Assembly (NCBI RefSeq): GCF_004010195.1
Contig: NC_057719.1
Coordinates: 10,845,974-10,909,973 of the forward strand
DNA length: 64,000 nt
From: Chiloscyllium plagiosum
Lineage: Eukaryota
Direction of reading: 5' to 3'
This document shows positions 39,820 through 51,878 of this stretch, piece after piece. Position 1 is the first letter of the stretch; each line of letters opens with the position of its first letter. The translations under genes were made by a program, and so were the position numbers. Under the pieces are notes generated by a model, which was not told the origin of the DNA, ran no database searches, and was given only the letters and a program-made list of their open reading frames with translations.

Positions 39820-40372
39820 AGCCATAGAGATGTACAGCACAGAAACAGACCCTTCGGTCCAACCCGTCCATACCGACCAGATATCTCAATCTAGTCCCAC
39901 CTGCCAGCACCTGGCCCATATCCCTCCAAACCTTCCTATTCATATACCCATCCAGATGCCTTTTAAATGTTACAATTGTACCAGCCTCCACCACTTCCTC
40001 TGGCAGCTCAATCCATGCACGTACCACCTACTGCATGAGTGGTCTCTTTTATATCTTTCCCCTCTCACCTTAAACCTAGGCCCTCTAGTTCTGGACTCCC
40101 CGACTCCAGGAAAAAGGTTTTGTCTATTTATCCTATCCATGCCCCTCATGATTTTATAAACCTCTATAAGGTTATCCCTCAGCCTCCAACGCTCCAGGGA
40201 AAACAGGCCCAGCCTATTCAACCTCTCCCTATAGCCCAAATCCTCCAACCCTGGCAACCTCCTTGTAAATCTTTTCTGAACCCTTTCAAGTTTCACAACA
40301 TCTTTCCGATAGAAAGGAGACCAGAATTGCATGCAATATTCCAACAGTGGCCTAACCAATGTCCAGTACAAT
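39820..40372 (-). mobile_element. Young CR1 3' fragment
   Basis: LYWTLVRPLLEYCMQFWSPFYRKDVVKLERVQKRFTR. Confidence 0.9.
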
Positions 40373-40765
40373 GTGATCAAGGCTGATCTGTGGCCTAACA
40401 CCCAATGCCCTCCTTTGGCTCATATCTCTTAATACCTTTCCTTTAACAAAAATTATCTATTTCAGATTTCAAATGAACAATTGATCCAGCTTCCATGAAC
40501 ATTTATGGAAGAGGATTCCAAACATCTACCAGCCTTTCTATGTAGAAGTGTTTACTGACATCTCTCCTGAACAGTCTGGCCCTAATTCTCAGACTATTTT
40601 TTTAAAAATGTATTCATTTTCTCTCCTCTCACCATAAAAATGTGTCCCCTAGTCTTGAAATCCCTTATCCTAGGAAAAAGACAACTACCATTAACTTTAT
40701 ACTGGTTTCCTCAAGTGACTAACAAGTAACAAGAGCTCATGAATTGCTATGATAAACCTGTGATA

Positions 40766-40858
40766 ATTCCTGAAGAAGGGCTTTTGCCCGAAATGTCGAT
40801 TTTCCTGCTTCTGGGATGCTACCTGACCTTGTGCTTTTCCAGCGCCACTCTAACCTTG
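40766..40858 (+). mobile_element. PLE-derived solo element with hammerhead core
   Basis: AUUC-CUGAAGA-A-GGGC-UUUU-GCCC-GAAA-UGUC-GAUU; flanking ctgtgata at 40758-40765 and 40859-40866. Confidence 0.75.
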
Positions 40859-41911
40859 CTGTGATAGACTACAACCTGTATGTGCACCCACTTTTCAAGC
40901 CTTCACTGCAGTGATCAATTTATTCCCAAGATGTGGATGTTGCTGGGTAGGCCAGCATTTATTGCCCATCCCTAATTGCTCTTGAGAAGGTGGTGGTTAG
41001 TTGCTTTCTTGAACCAGTGGGTACAATTTTGACCAAGCCAGCTGGGAGATACTTGCATAAACAAATACAGCAGATGGCACCAAACTGTGAATTCTAGTGA
41101 ACACTGATGAATTGAAATTGGGAGGAGATACATACTGGTAAGGACTGAGATGAAGAGAAGTTTCTTCTCCCAGAGAGTGGTGAGCCTGTAAAGTGCCACA
41201 GAAAGTGGTTAAAGGCAAAACTTTGAGTATTTGCAAGTTGGAGTTCGATAACTTTAGGTCTAAAGAGTTAAAAAGGATAAAGGGAGAAAGCGGTAACAAG
41301 ACATTGAGTTGGATGATCAGGCATGGCCCACTCCTGCTCCATTTTATGACGTTTCCATGAATAAGGAAAAACAATGCATTTTGAATAACGCAACTTTAAA
41401 TAAAAGAGAGTAGTGCACGAATGCTTGTACTCAAGGCAGTACAAAAAAAGCATCTTGGATCCTGGGCTTTATAAACAGAAGCAGAGTATGAAAAAAAGGA
41501 CATTATGCTGAAAAGAAATAAAACAGGCCTCAGTTGTTTTCTTTCGTGGGATATGGACTTAGCCAGAAAGATTTCTCTTAACCACAAACTATTACAAATC
41601 ATAAAATCACTAGCCATGCAATCTATCATTGGCCACCAGGAATCTCAATTCTTTACCAGAAATCTTTGAAAGCCCCACAACAGCTGAGTTCTTACTGTCA
41701 TTCTGACCTGTGCCAACTTCTACTGGTTCCTTCAGTTTAGGTTCCTCCTGCTGTCTACTTCTACCCAAAATTGCCACATATTCTGTTGCAGTTGTGTGTG
41801 GTTCCTGCCTGTAATAATTGAGGCATTACCAAGCCAAATATGGACGCTGCATGGCTACATTTCAAAGCTGTTACCTCTACATTCTTAGCCCTGCTTCTTT
41901 GATCACCTCAT

Positions 41912-42230
41912 GATTAGATTAGATTAGATTACTTACAGTATGGAAACAGGCCCTTCAGCCCAACAAGTCCACACCGACCTGCCAAAGCGCAACCCATCCA
42001 TTCCCCTACATTTATCCCTTTACCTAACACAACGGGCAATTTAGCATGGCCAATTCACCTGACCTGCACATCTTCGGACTGTGGGAGGAAACCAGAGCAC
42101 CCGGAGAAAACCCACACAGACACGGGAAGAATGTGCAAACTCCACACAGACAGTCGCCTGAGTCGGGAATTGAATCGTGTCACTGGTGCTGTGAGGCAGC
42201 ACTGCTAACCACTGCGCCACCGTGCCACCC
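41912..42230 (-). mobile_element. V-SINE (HE1-like)
   Basis: (TAATC)n tail, V-domain, head. Confidence 0.9.
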
Positions 42231-42445
42231 ACAAGCCGTGACACCACTGCGCCACCGTGCCACCCACAAGCCGTGACTTCAACAAGCATTGCCTGGGCCA
42301 AGAAGACGAGAAGCAACTAAAACAAAAATATAAAATCTGTTTCTAGTCCAATGGACCAGGAGAAGAATTGATCTAATGAGCTTTACAAGAGTAGCAGGGT
42401 CAGGATGTGTTGGAAAGGTGGGGTGGGGTGGAGGGACAAGGTGGT

Positions 42446-42607
42446 AAAAACAATGACTGCAGATGCTGGAAACCAGATTCTGGATTAGTGGTGCTGGAAG
42501 AGCACAGCAATTCAGGCAGCATCCGAGGACAGGCAAAATCGACGTTTCGGGCAGAAGGGCTTTTGCCCGAAACGTCGATTTTGCCTGTCCTCGGATGCTG
42601 CCTGAAT
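42446..42607. mobile_element. Young PLE-derived hairpin element, 17-bp TSD
   Basis: TSD tggagggacaaggtggt at 42429-42445 and 42608-42624; perfect 46-bp inverted arms 42508-42553 / 42564-42609. Confidence 0.88.
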
Positions 42608-43369
42608 TGGAGGGACAAGGTGGTTGAGTGGGTGAAGATTTCTTGATGATTGCACAGTAACAATAGGAAATCTAAGGACCAATGAAAGTCACAGAATCTG
42701 GTCCTCAGACGTCAAGGAGAATTCAAAATACAGACTCAAAGACCAAAGAAAATCCCAGAATTAGTCCAAAAGACGTATGCGATAGGGGCAGGAAGAGGGT
42801 GCACGGCTCTTGAGCCTATTCTGCTGAATAAACAAAAGATGGCTGACCATCATCTTTAACTCCACTTTCCCACCCAATCAACATATCTCTCCATTCCTTT
42901 GAAGTCCAAATCTATCTGTCTTAGAACAAAAAAAACAAAGAACTGTGGATGCTGAAAATCAGAAACAAATTGCTGGAGAAACCCAGCAGGTCTGGTAGCA
43001 TCTGTGGAGAGAAAGCAGAGTGCAGAGTTGGGACCTCCTCTGATTAATTTCAAGCCATTAATAGACATGGAAACTAGTTAAACAGAGAGAGGCAGTGTCT
43101 TCGTGGTTATGTCACTGGAATCCAGACACACAGACTAATGATTGACATGGGCTTAAATCCCGCTATGACAGATGGTAAAATTTGAATTCAATAAAAATCT
43201 GGAATTAAACCTAAACTAACGGCAATCACATAACCGTTGTTACTTGTTGCAAAAAAAATTTGGCTCACTAAGGTCCTTTAGAGAAATCTGATATTCTTAT
43301 CTGGTCTTTCTCCATGCGATTCCACAACAATGGGGTTGACTCTTTACTACCCTCTGGGCAATTACACCA

Positions 43370-43801
43370 CTCTGCGCCTGGAGGACCATCAGCTCACTGA
43401 AAAACGCTCCTTGGTATGTCCGAATCTTGTTGGTCTTCCAGAGTAAGGAGTTGACCCTGACCGAGTGTTACAGACTTGCACAATACAAGGTCTGGGACTA
43501 CGTGCTGAGGGACGGACTAAAGCCTGCGGCAGCTGCCGCCAAGGCAGAGTGAGGAAAGACCGTTCTGCCAAAGTTAAGTGGGGGTCCGTTCAGTTATTGG
43601 ACGCTTGAACCACCGGGTGTCTCAAACATATGAACATGTAGTCTTGTACAAGCGAGAAATATCTTTGATTTGTTTGTTGTATAGAGTCAAACTCCAATGT
43701 TTGTTTGTTTCTTCATAGCTTATCGTAGAGAACCTTTAGTAGTTATGAAGGCATATACAGATTTTTGTTATGAATAAAGTATATTTTTGAAATAATGAAA
43801 A
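43370..43801 (+). mobile_element. L1/Tx1-clade LINE 3' end
   Basis: Frame from 43373: CAWRTISSLKNAPWYVRILLVFQSKELTLTECYRLAQYKVWDYVLRDGLKPAAAAAKAE; AATAAA near 43773 and an A-rich end. Confidence 0.65.
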
Positions 43802-46800
43802 ACCCTCTGGAATACATAGGACTTGAATCCAGGTATCCTAGTTCAGAGGTAGAGACACTAACGATGCCCCATCAATTAGAGATGGACAATAATCACAAAT
43901 GAAATGTCCAGCAGACAGGCTGTTGAAGCTTGTGGGCAAATTAGAAATCTTCCAGATTAACAATTTGGCTGCAATGCACAATAAGTAATCCATACTCTAA
44001 CAGTGACAAGAAGGTGCTCTTTCAGATATTTAAAAAAACCCGTAATAATCCCAGATCCAGTTGGAGGTTTAAACTTCCTCCTACAAATTGTGTGCAACCA
44101 AAACATCGAACATGTCAGAAATGAGGTACACCAGCTAGTCTCCATTACTGATGCTGTCAGAGCCTGAAAATTTACCCGCGAGTGTCTATCCTGTCAAGTT
44201 TTCTCTGGTTAATTTTTCTCTTATTTCATATTTCCAGCCCCCAACTGTGTTGCCTTACCTCAGCATCAAATGGAAGTCCTGAGCTTGATTTCAACTGAGA
44301 CATTGTCTAAGTTCTCAGTGTTTGCGGACCAACTGAGGAAGCCTTGACTGAATGCTAGGTCGAATGGCCTGTGTGAGCTCATAATCACTTAGTTACTGTA
44401 AGGCATTTAATTTCAAACACATGTGAAAATGCAACTGAATGAGCAAAGTATTTTTTTTAATTTTTAAGAAGGATGAGCTCATACTGTAAATCAATAATTT
44501 AAAGCTTCCTTAATCACTTATATTAATAATTGTTAAATAATTTACTGGGAGTTGTACATTATTTATGATTGATATTAATACAAACCTCATTCGCTGGGTA
44601 TTATCTGATGGAAGTCTACTTCAATCAAATTAGAAGTCTGGGGATTATCATGGTGTGAGGAGCCATATTGCTGAGTAGACTGTCATTGAGAATTCTCCTC
44701 TCAGTGAGATGTAACTTTGTCAAGAACAGCAGTCCACGGTTGAGCATTAGCAAGCCCACTGCTCCATGAGAGAGAACAGGGTAATGCAAGGCTTTTTTGC
44801 AATTTTTGCACCAATCACATCATGACTTTCAAACACAATACCTGAAAGTGTTGTCCTTGAGGGCATCACACCTCAAAAGAATCACATTCTAGGTTTGCAC
44901 ACATCAACGTGTCTTGCAGTTGTCATGGAGAAATTAATGAGGTTATTAATCACGTATCTGATCGACTAAATGCAAAAGACAAATGCGATTCATTGGACAG
45001 GTGCCAATAAGGAATGACTAAGCAGCAAAAAGCGAAGCAATCAAGTGTCTCAATTTTTTTCCCAAAGCTCCCAATCTTGAAATGGCAAGTAGTGGAAAAT
45101 GTTTAATGAAACCATTCTATTACATGGGTGAATTTAGTTGTGATCGCTGCTGTGAGTTCAGCTGTATGAAATTAGACTCATGGAGCTAACATTCGTAATG
45201 GAGTGGACACGCTAACAGATAATTCAGATGCATATTCTTTCAAGCAGCGCTATGTGTACAGTATTTTAAGCGCGAGGAAAACATTTTTCTGCAGAGACAC
45301 ACTCTTGTACCTGCTATCTGCAACTCAATTTAATGTACATGACCCAGAGCGTCAATCACTGAGTTGGGCTTCCTTGCCATTTTTAAATTCTGCAGATGTC
45401 ATCCAAAGAGTGTTACAGTCATAAATGTCTACAGGACAGAAAAAGGCCCTTCAGTCCATCGATCTGCACCAGTCAAAATAACCACTTAACTATTCCAGTA
45501 CTTTTCTTTTATTCATTTGCAGTATATGGGTGTCCTGGCTGGACCAGTATTTATTGCCCATTCCTAATTGCCCTTGAGAAGGTGGTGGTCAGCTGCCTTC
45601 TGAATTCTTTGCAGTCCATCTGCTATAGGCTGACCCACATTGCCCTTAGGAAGGGAATTCCAGGAATTGAAGGGGAACTTGCAGGTTGTGGTGTTCCCAA
45701 ATATCTACTGCCCTTGTCCTTCTGGATAGAAGTAGTTTGGAAGGTGTTATCTAAGGATACTGGGCAAATTTCTGCAGTGCATCTTGTAGATAGTACACAT
45801 GGTTGCTGCTGGATATTGCTGAGAGATGGATGTGGTGCCAATCAAGCAGGCTGTTTCGGAAAAAAATGAAAGAACTGCAGATGCCGAAAATCAGAAACAG
45901 ACCAGAAATTGCTGGAAGACCTCAACAGGTCTGACAGCATTTGTAGACAGAAATCAGAGTTAACAATTCAGTCCAGTGACCCTTCCTCAAATCTGATGGC
46001 AGCTGGGAAGCAGGCGCTTTGCCTGGGATAGTGACAAGTTTCTTGAGGATTGCTGGTGCTGCGCCTAGGCAAACAAGTGGGGAGTATTCCACCACACTCT
46101 GAACTAGTACCTTGTAGATGGTGGACAGGATTTGGGGAATCATGAGGTGAGTTATTTTCTGCAGTTTTCCTAGTCTTGGCCGCTGTGTTTGTGTTGAATA
46201 CAGTTGAAATTCTGATCAATGGTAACTCCAAGGAATTTGGATAGTGGAGGATTCAGTGATGGTAACACTACTGAATGTCAAGGAGCAGTGATTCGATTGT
46301 CTGCTATTGGAGATGTTCATTACCTGCCTTTGTGTAATGTGGATGTTCCTTGCTACTGGTCAACCCAAGCATGGGTGCTATTCAGATGTTGTTGCATTTG
46401 ACTGCTTCAGGAATTGAGGAGTCGCAAATGCTTTTATACATTGTACGATCATCAGCAAACCACACTTCTGACCTTATGGTGGAGCAAAGTCATTGCTGAA
46501 GCAGCTGAAAATGGTTAGGCCCAGGACACTATCCTGAAGAACTCCTGTCGAGATGTCCTGGAGTTGAGCTGACTGACCTCCAACAATCACAACCATCTTC
46601 CTACGTGCCAGTTACTTTCAGCATTTGGCCCATTGTTTTGTATGCCTTGGTATCACAAGTGCACATCTGATTAATTCTTAAACATTATGAGTGTCTTTGC
46701 CATACCACCCTTACAGGTAGTGAGTGAGAGATTCCCGACCATCCTCTGATTGAACATCCCCCTAAATCCCACATTCCTTACCTTAAATCTATGTTTGCTG

Positions 46801-47689
46801 GTTATTGATCCCTCCATCAAGTGGAATAGTTCCTTCCTGTCTAGCCTATCTCTGCCACTCATAATTTTAACCTCAATCAGTCTCTTCTGCTCCAAGGAAA
46901 ATAGCCAAAGTCCATCCAATCTCTCTCCATAACTGAAACTCTCCAACTCCTTACCTCCTAAACCACTCGTAGGGAAGTGACAAAGCCATTGTGTCTTGCT
47001 AGCAGTGGACAGAATGGGAACTTTGGTGTCATTAGAATCACTAGTATAATCACATCGTTTTGTTGATTTACCTTTGGTTTTGCATTCGTTCGACCATGTG
47101 CTAGCATTCATGGCTCATTTTCAGTTGCCCACATTTACGAGGCCAAGGTATACAGGTTATGGGTCAAGTGATGGAAAATGGGATTAGAATAGTGAGGTGC
47201 TTGGTGAAGACTCTGTGGGCAGAAGGCTCTTTTTCTGTGTTGCAGACCTCCATGACTCTAATTATGATACAACTCAATGCCTGACTGAACCACTTCAAAT
47301 AGTGAACAGTCAACCATGTCGGTGTGAAACGGGAGTCAAGTTTAGGCCAGATCAATTAAGGATGGCATCATATTTCCCGATAAAGGAACATCGATGAAAG
47401 TTTTCCAAAACAGAATTCAAATTCTCAAACAGTCAGTGTTTCATTTTGCAATCTTTGGATTACTAACCCAGGCCAGGCAGTAGGAAACCCACTGTTTCCA
47501 AATCGTTTTGCATGCATACATCCAGATTAAGGTTCTTCCAGACACCCAACAGTCAGTTTAAAATTTAAACTGTGAAGTGAAAAGCAGTTAAGTCTAAAGC
47601 TGAGAGTCAAGCGTCTTACGAATTGAGGATTCAGAGCTACATCAGAGAAAGGAAAAACGAAGCAGCATTCTCAGCTACTATGCTGTTGA

Positions 47690-47880
47690 AAATCACACAA
47701 CACCAGGTCATAGTCCAGCAGGTTTATTCGGAAGCGCTAGCTTTCGGAGTGCTGCTCCTTCATCACGTAGCTGTGACTTCACTTGGCTAGTGTTTCCAAA
47801 TAAACCTATTGGATTATAACTTGGTGTTGTGTGATTTTTAACTTTGTCCACCCCAGTCCATCACTGGCACCTCCACATCA
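47690..47880. mobile_element. PLE-derived hairpin element (AGCU family)
   Basis: Inverted arms aatcacacaacaccagg.../...tggtgttgtgtgatt; minus strand GUGAUGA-A-GGAG-CAGCA-CUCC-GAAA-GCUA at 47766-47738. Confidence 0.75.
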
Positions 47881-49002
47881 CAGTTTATATACAGTCATTG
47901 GCATATGGTTGAGCTGGACAGACAAGAGAATAGACGCATGAGGAAAAAAAGGATTAGAACTTTATGCTAAGCGGGGGTGAAAAGTAAGGAGGGAAAAAGC
48001 TTCAATACAACGTAAACACCAACACTGACCAGTTAGGCAGGACTGTCTCTTTTTGTGCTGTGAATTTAATGTATTTCAAATCATGGCAGAATTATATTGG
48101 TATCACTAGAGAGCAATCTGCATTGTGTTATCACACAGTACAGAATCAGGCCATTTGGTCCATCATCCCTGTGCTAGCTTTCTGAAAGCCTTTCTTAATT
48201 TCTTCACCAGTGCCCAGCACTTCATTTTTGCCCTTTTCAATTAATACCCAATTCCCTTCTGATCGTTCCAACTGAATCTGCTCCCACAGCCCTCAGTGGA
48301 TTGTAGATCAAGACAACATGCTGCATAAGAACAGTTTTCCTGATTTATCTCTTTTTTAAAAATCAATTATCTTAAATCCATGTCCTCTGATTATTGGAAA
48401 TGGTTTGTCCCTGTCCAGTCTATCAAACCCTCTCCTAATTTTGAACATTTCCAGTAAATCTCTTATTGATCGTCTTTTCTCTTAGCTAAACAACTCCAGA
48501 TTCTCTAATCTCAGCACTAAATACTCGCACATTGAGGAGCTCAAAACTGAACATAATTTTTGCTTGAAGTCTAACAGGTAAAGTGAATGGCACAGTCTAC
48601 CCCTCAAAATACAAAGTAGCAGATTGTGCTGTCAAAATAACAGGGAGGTTAATGATGTTCGCCATTAGTCATAAATAAGGAAATGGTGATGTGGAGGTAG
48701 CTTTACGAGAGTAGTGTTTAGAGGCCCATTCTGATGCTTGTGGGAAGTGGGTTCAAATCCTGCCACAGCAGCCAGTAGAATTTAAATTCAATTAATAAAT
48801 GTTGAATTGAAAACTACTCTCAGTAACAGTGACTGCAAAACCTCTGGTTCACTCATTTCCTTTGGGGACGGAAATTTGCTGCACTTTCCCACGCTAGTCT
48901 ATATGTGGCTCCAGATCAAATGCAATGTGGATTATTCTCAACCACCCTCTGAAACGGCCTAGCGAGCCACTAAGTTCAACAGCAATAAGAACAGCAACAC
49001 TA

Positions 49003-49326
49003 TGACGGAACGGTGGCTCAGTGGTTAGCACCACTGCCTCACAGTGCCAGGGACCCGGGTTCGATTCTTCGCGCGACTGTCTATGTGGAGTTTGCACATT
49101 CTTCCCGTGTCTGCCTGGGTTTCCTCCGGTTGCTCCGGTTTCCTCCACAATTCAAAGATGTGCAGGTTCAGTGAATTGGCCATGCTAAATTGTCCATAGT
49201 GTTCAGGGATGTGCATTAGTCAGGAGTAAATACAGAGGAATGACTCTGGGTGGGTTACTCTTCGGAGGGTCGGTGTGGACTTGTAGGGCCGAAGGATCTG
49301 ATTCCACACTGTATGGATCCTATGAT
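49003..49326 (+). mobile_element. V-SINE (HE1-like)
   Basis: Head, V-domain and tail. Confidence 0.88.
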
Positions 49327-49349
49327 AAGAAATGGGCAGCAAATATTCA

Positions 49350-49737
49350 GATGTGGAGGCTGACAGGAGACCTGATAGAAGTATATAAAATTATGAGGTA
49401 CATAGATGGGGTTGACAGTCAGAATCTTTTTCCCAGAGTTGAAATGTCTAATACGAGGGGGAGATTTAAGGTGAGAGGGCAAAAGTTCACAGGAGATGTA
49501 AGGGGCAAGATTTTTACACAGTAGCAGGAGTCTGGAACACACTGCAAGTGATGATAGTGGAGGCAGATATGATAATGGATTCTAAGGGACTTTTAAATAA
49601 GCACATGAATATATTAGGAATTGAGGGATATGGACCAAGGGCAAAGAGAAGGGATCAGTTTAATTTGGCATCACGTTTTTGGCACAACATTATGGGCTGA
49701 AGGGCTTGTTTCTGTGCTGTACTGTTCTATGTTCTAT
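49350..49737 (+). mobile_element. CR1 3' fragment
   Basis: RLTGDLIEVYKIMR; (TTCTATG)n tail. Confidence 0.85.
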
Positions 49738-50015
49738 CCCATCAATAACATTTCATTTTAAAAACAGTGTGGGTGTTTCAGGTGAAGGCTTGTGTAGTTA
49801 AATGCCAGTATTCAAAAGTTTCTGCGTGTGTTGTGCTGCTCCACTGTTAAGCATCCTGAAAATGGCATTTCGAAATCTGTCACAGAAATGAAATGCAGAG
49901 CTTCGTCTGAAGTCGTAATTACGATGTGGATCTGAGTTAAATTTTCTACATTTCTTGTCATCTTTAATTTTTTTTTTATTTAAGCTACTTTTCTGATCAA
50001 CCTGTTTTCACACAC

Positions 50016-50311
50016 ATGGTGGCTCAGTGGTTAGCACTGTTACATTACAGCGCCAGGGACTCAGGTTCGATTCTAGCCTCAGCTGACTGTCTGTGTGGAG
50101 TTTGCACATTCTCCCCGTGTCGGCATGGGTTTCCTCCGGGTGCTCCAGTTTCCTCCCACAGTCCAAAGATGTGCAGGTCAGGTGAATTGGCCAGGCGAAA
50201 TTGTCCATAGTGTTAAGTGCATTAGTCAGAGGGAAATGGATCTGGATGGGTTACTCTTCGGAGGGTTGGTGTGGACTTGTTGGGCCTGAAGGGAATCTAA
50301 CCTAATCTAAT
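50016..50311 (+). mobile_element. V-SINE (HE1-like)
   Basis: Head, V-domain and tail. Confidence 0.88.
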
Positions 50312-50689
50312 GTACATCTGGAGCAGGTGGGTCTTGAACCCAGGCCTTCCAGCTCACTGATAAGGACACTACCGATGTACCGCACGAGTGCTCTGTTAAG
50401 GAGAAGGGGATAAATATCAAGTATTGCTAATCAACCATGCAGGCATTGAAAAATACTACAAATGTGGCATCACATTCATTTAGGTATCAATTGCTATTGG
50501 AGATTTCAAAGATGCCGAATTGAGAATGCAAGTTTTTTCTGTTCTCTCTTTTTGTCTCTTCCTTCGAGTCCAATCTTTCTTCCTCTTTTTCTTCCCCTTT
50601 CTTAATTGCAATTTGGCAATTAATTCACTCGCTTTAAGTCAGTCTCCTTCAAAATCCCACTGCAGTTAATATTCCACTTCTTCAGCATG

Positions 50690-50775
50690 GAAATGTGTTG
50701 CTGGAAAAGCGCAGCAGGTCAGGCAGCATCCAGGGAACAGGAGAATCGACGTTTCGGGCATAAGCCCTTCTTCAG
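50690..50775 (-). mobile_element. 90-bp PLE-derived solo element with intact hammerhead core
   Basis: Minus strand CUGAAGA-A-GGGC-UUAU-GCCC-GAAA-CGUC-GAUU; TSD cttcttcagcatg at 50677-50689 and 50767-50779. Confidence 0.82.
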
Positions 50776-51679
50776 CATGACTGGGAAGGAAGATACCCAA
50801 TTGGTTGCCCTGTTTACTCTGATCACAGATGCCCTGTTTCTCTCACTGTGCCAGTTCACACTCAGCATTTAACTCAGCAAAAATCTCTGAGATGGGATTG
50901 TAAGGGCAACTCTAATTAATGCTAGATACCCTACTCTGGCAAAACCGAGTCCACAGTTTCTTTAGCTAAATTGTCTAATAACTAGAATTAAGTGACTAAA
51001 TTGTAATGTGAGAATTTATGATTATTAAGAGTTGAATTGCAAGAGCATTTGAAGTGAAGAATTTAAAAAGAATAAATGGCAGTGGTAACTAAGGTTGATG
51101 AGTCCACACTGAACTGTACAGGCTTATAAATATCTTAAAAGCATAAGGTATTTCTATACTCATCACTAATTCATGGGCTCACTTCCAACCAATGAAGACC
51201 GTTCCAAATTAGGCATTTCTTCCTTTGTTGTTTATCGAAAAAGAAGACCTCAGTAACTCATAAACATACTAGTTCACAACACTGCACTCTACCTTTGAAC
51301 CTGCCTCTTTACACTACCAGACAGTACATTTATATAGCACCTTAACAACTATCAAGGGCACTTCACAGGAACACAACATTACGGAAGTTGACTGTGGCCT
51401 CGAAGCAGGAGGAAGAAGCAGAGCTGAAGAGCCTTACAAAGAAAGCTTAGGGACAAGGCAGCTGAAAAATGGCCATTATTGGTAGGGGAATCAGGGATTG
51501 AGAGGAGTTCAGAACGAGAGGAGCACTGAAGATTTGGACAGTTGTAGGGTAAAACGAAGTTGGCTTAACAATGTTCATTTTGAAAAAACTGCCTTGGGAG
51601 TGTAACTGACTGGATCAGAATTCATTGCCCATTCCATATTGCCCTTCAGAAGCTGATGATGGGCTACATTCTTGAACTG

Positions 51680-51878
51680 AGATTAGAGTGGTGCTGGAAA
51701 AGCACAGCAGGTCAGGCAGCATCCGAGGAGCAGGAAAATTGACATTTCGGGCAAAAGCAGGGCTCCTGATCGAAATGTCGATTTTCCTGCTCCTCGGATG
51801 CTGCCTGACCTGCTGTGCTTTTCCAGCACCACACTAATTCTGACTCTGATCACCAGCATTTGCAGTCCTCACTTTCGC
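51680..51878 (+). mobile_element. PLE-derived hairpin element, 16-bp TSD
   Basis: TSD ctacattcttgaactg at 51664-51679 and 51879-51894; ~70-bp inverted arms. Confidence 0.85.
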
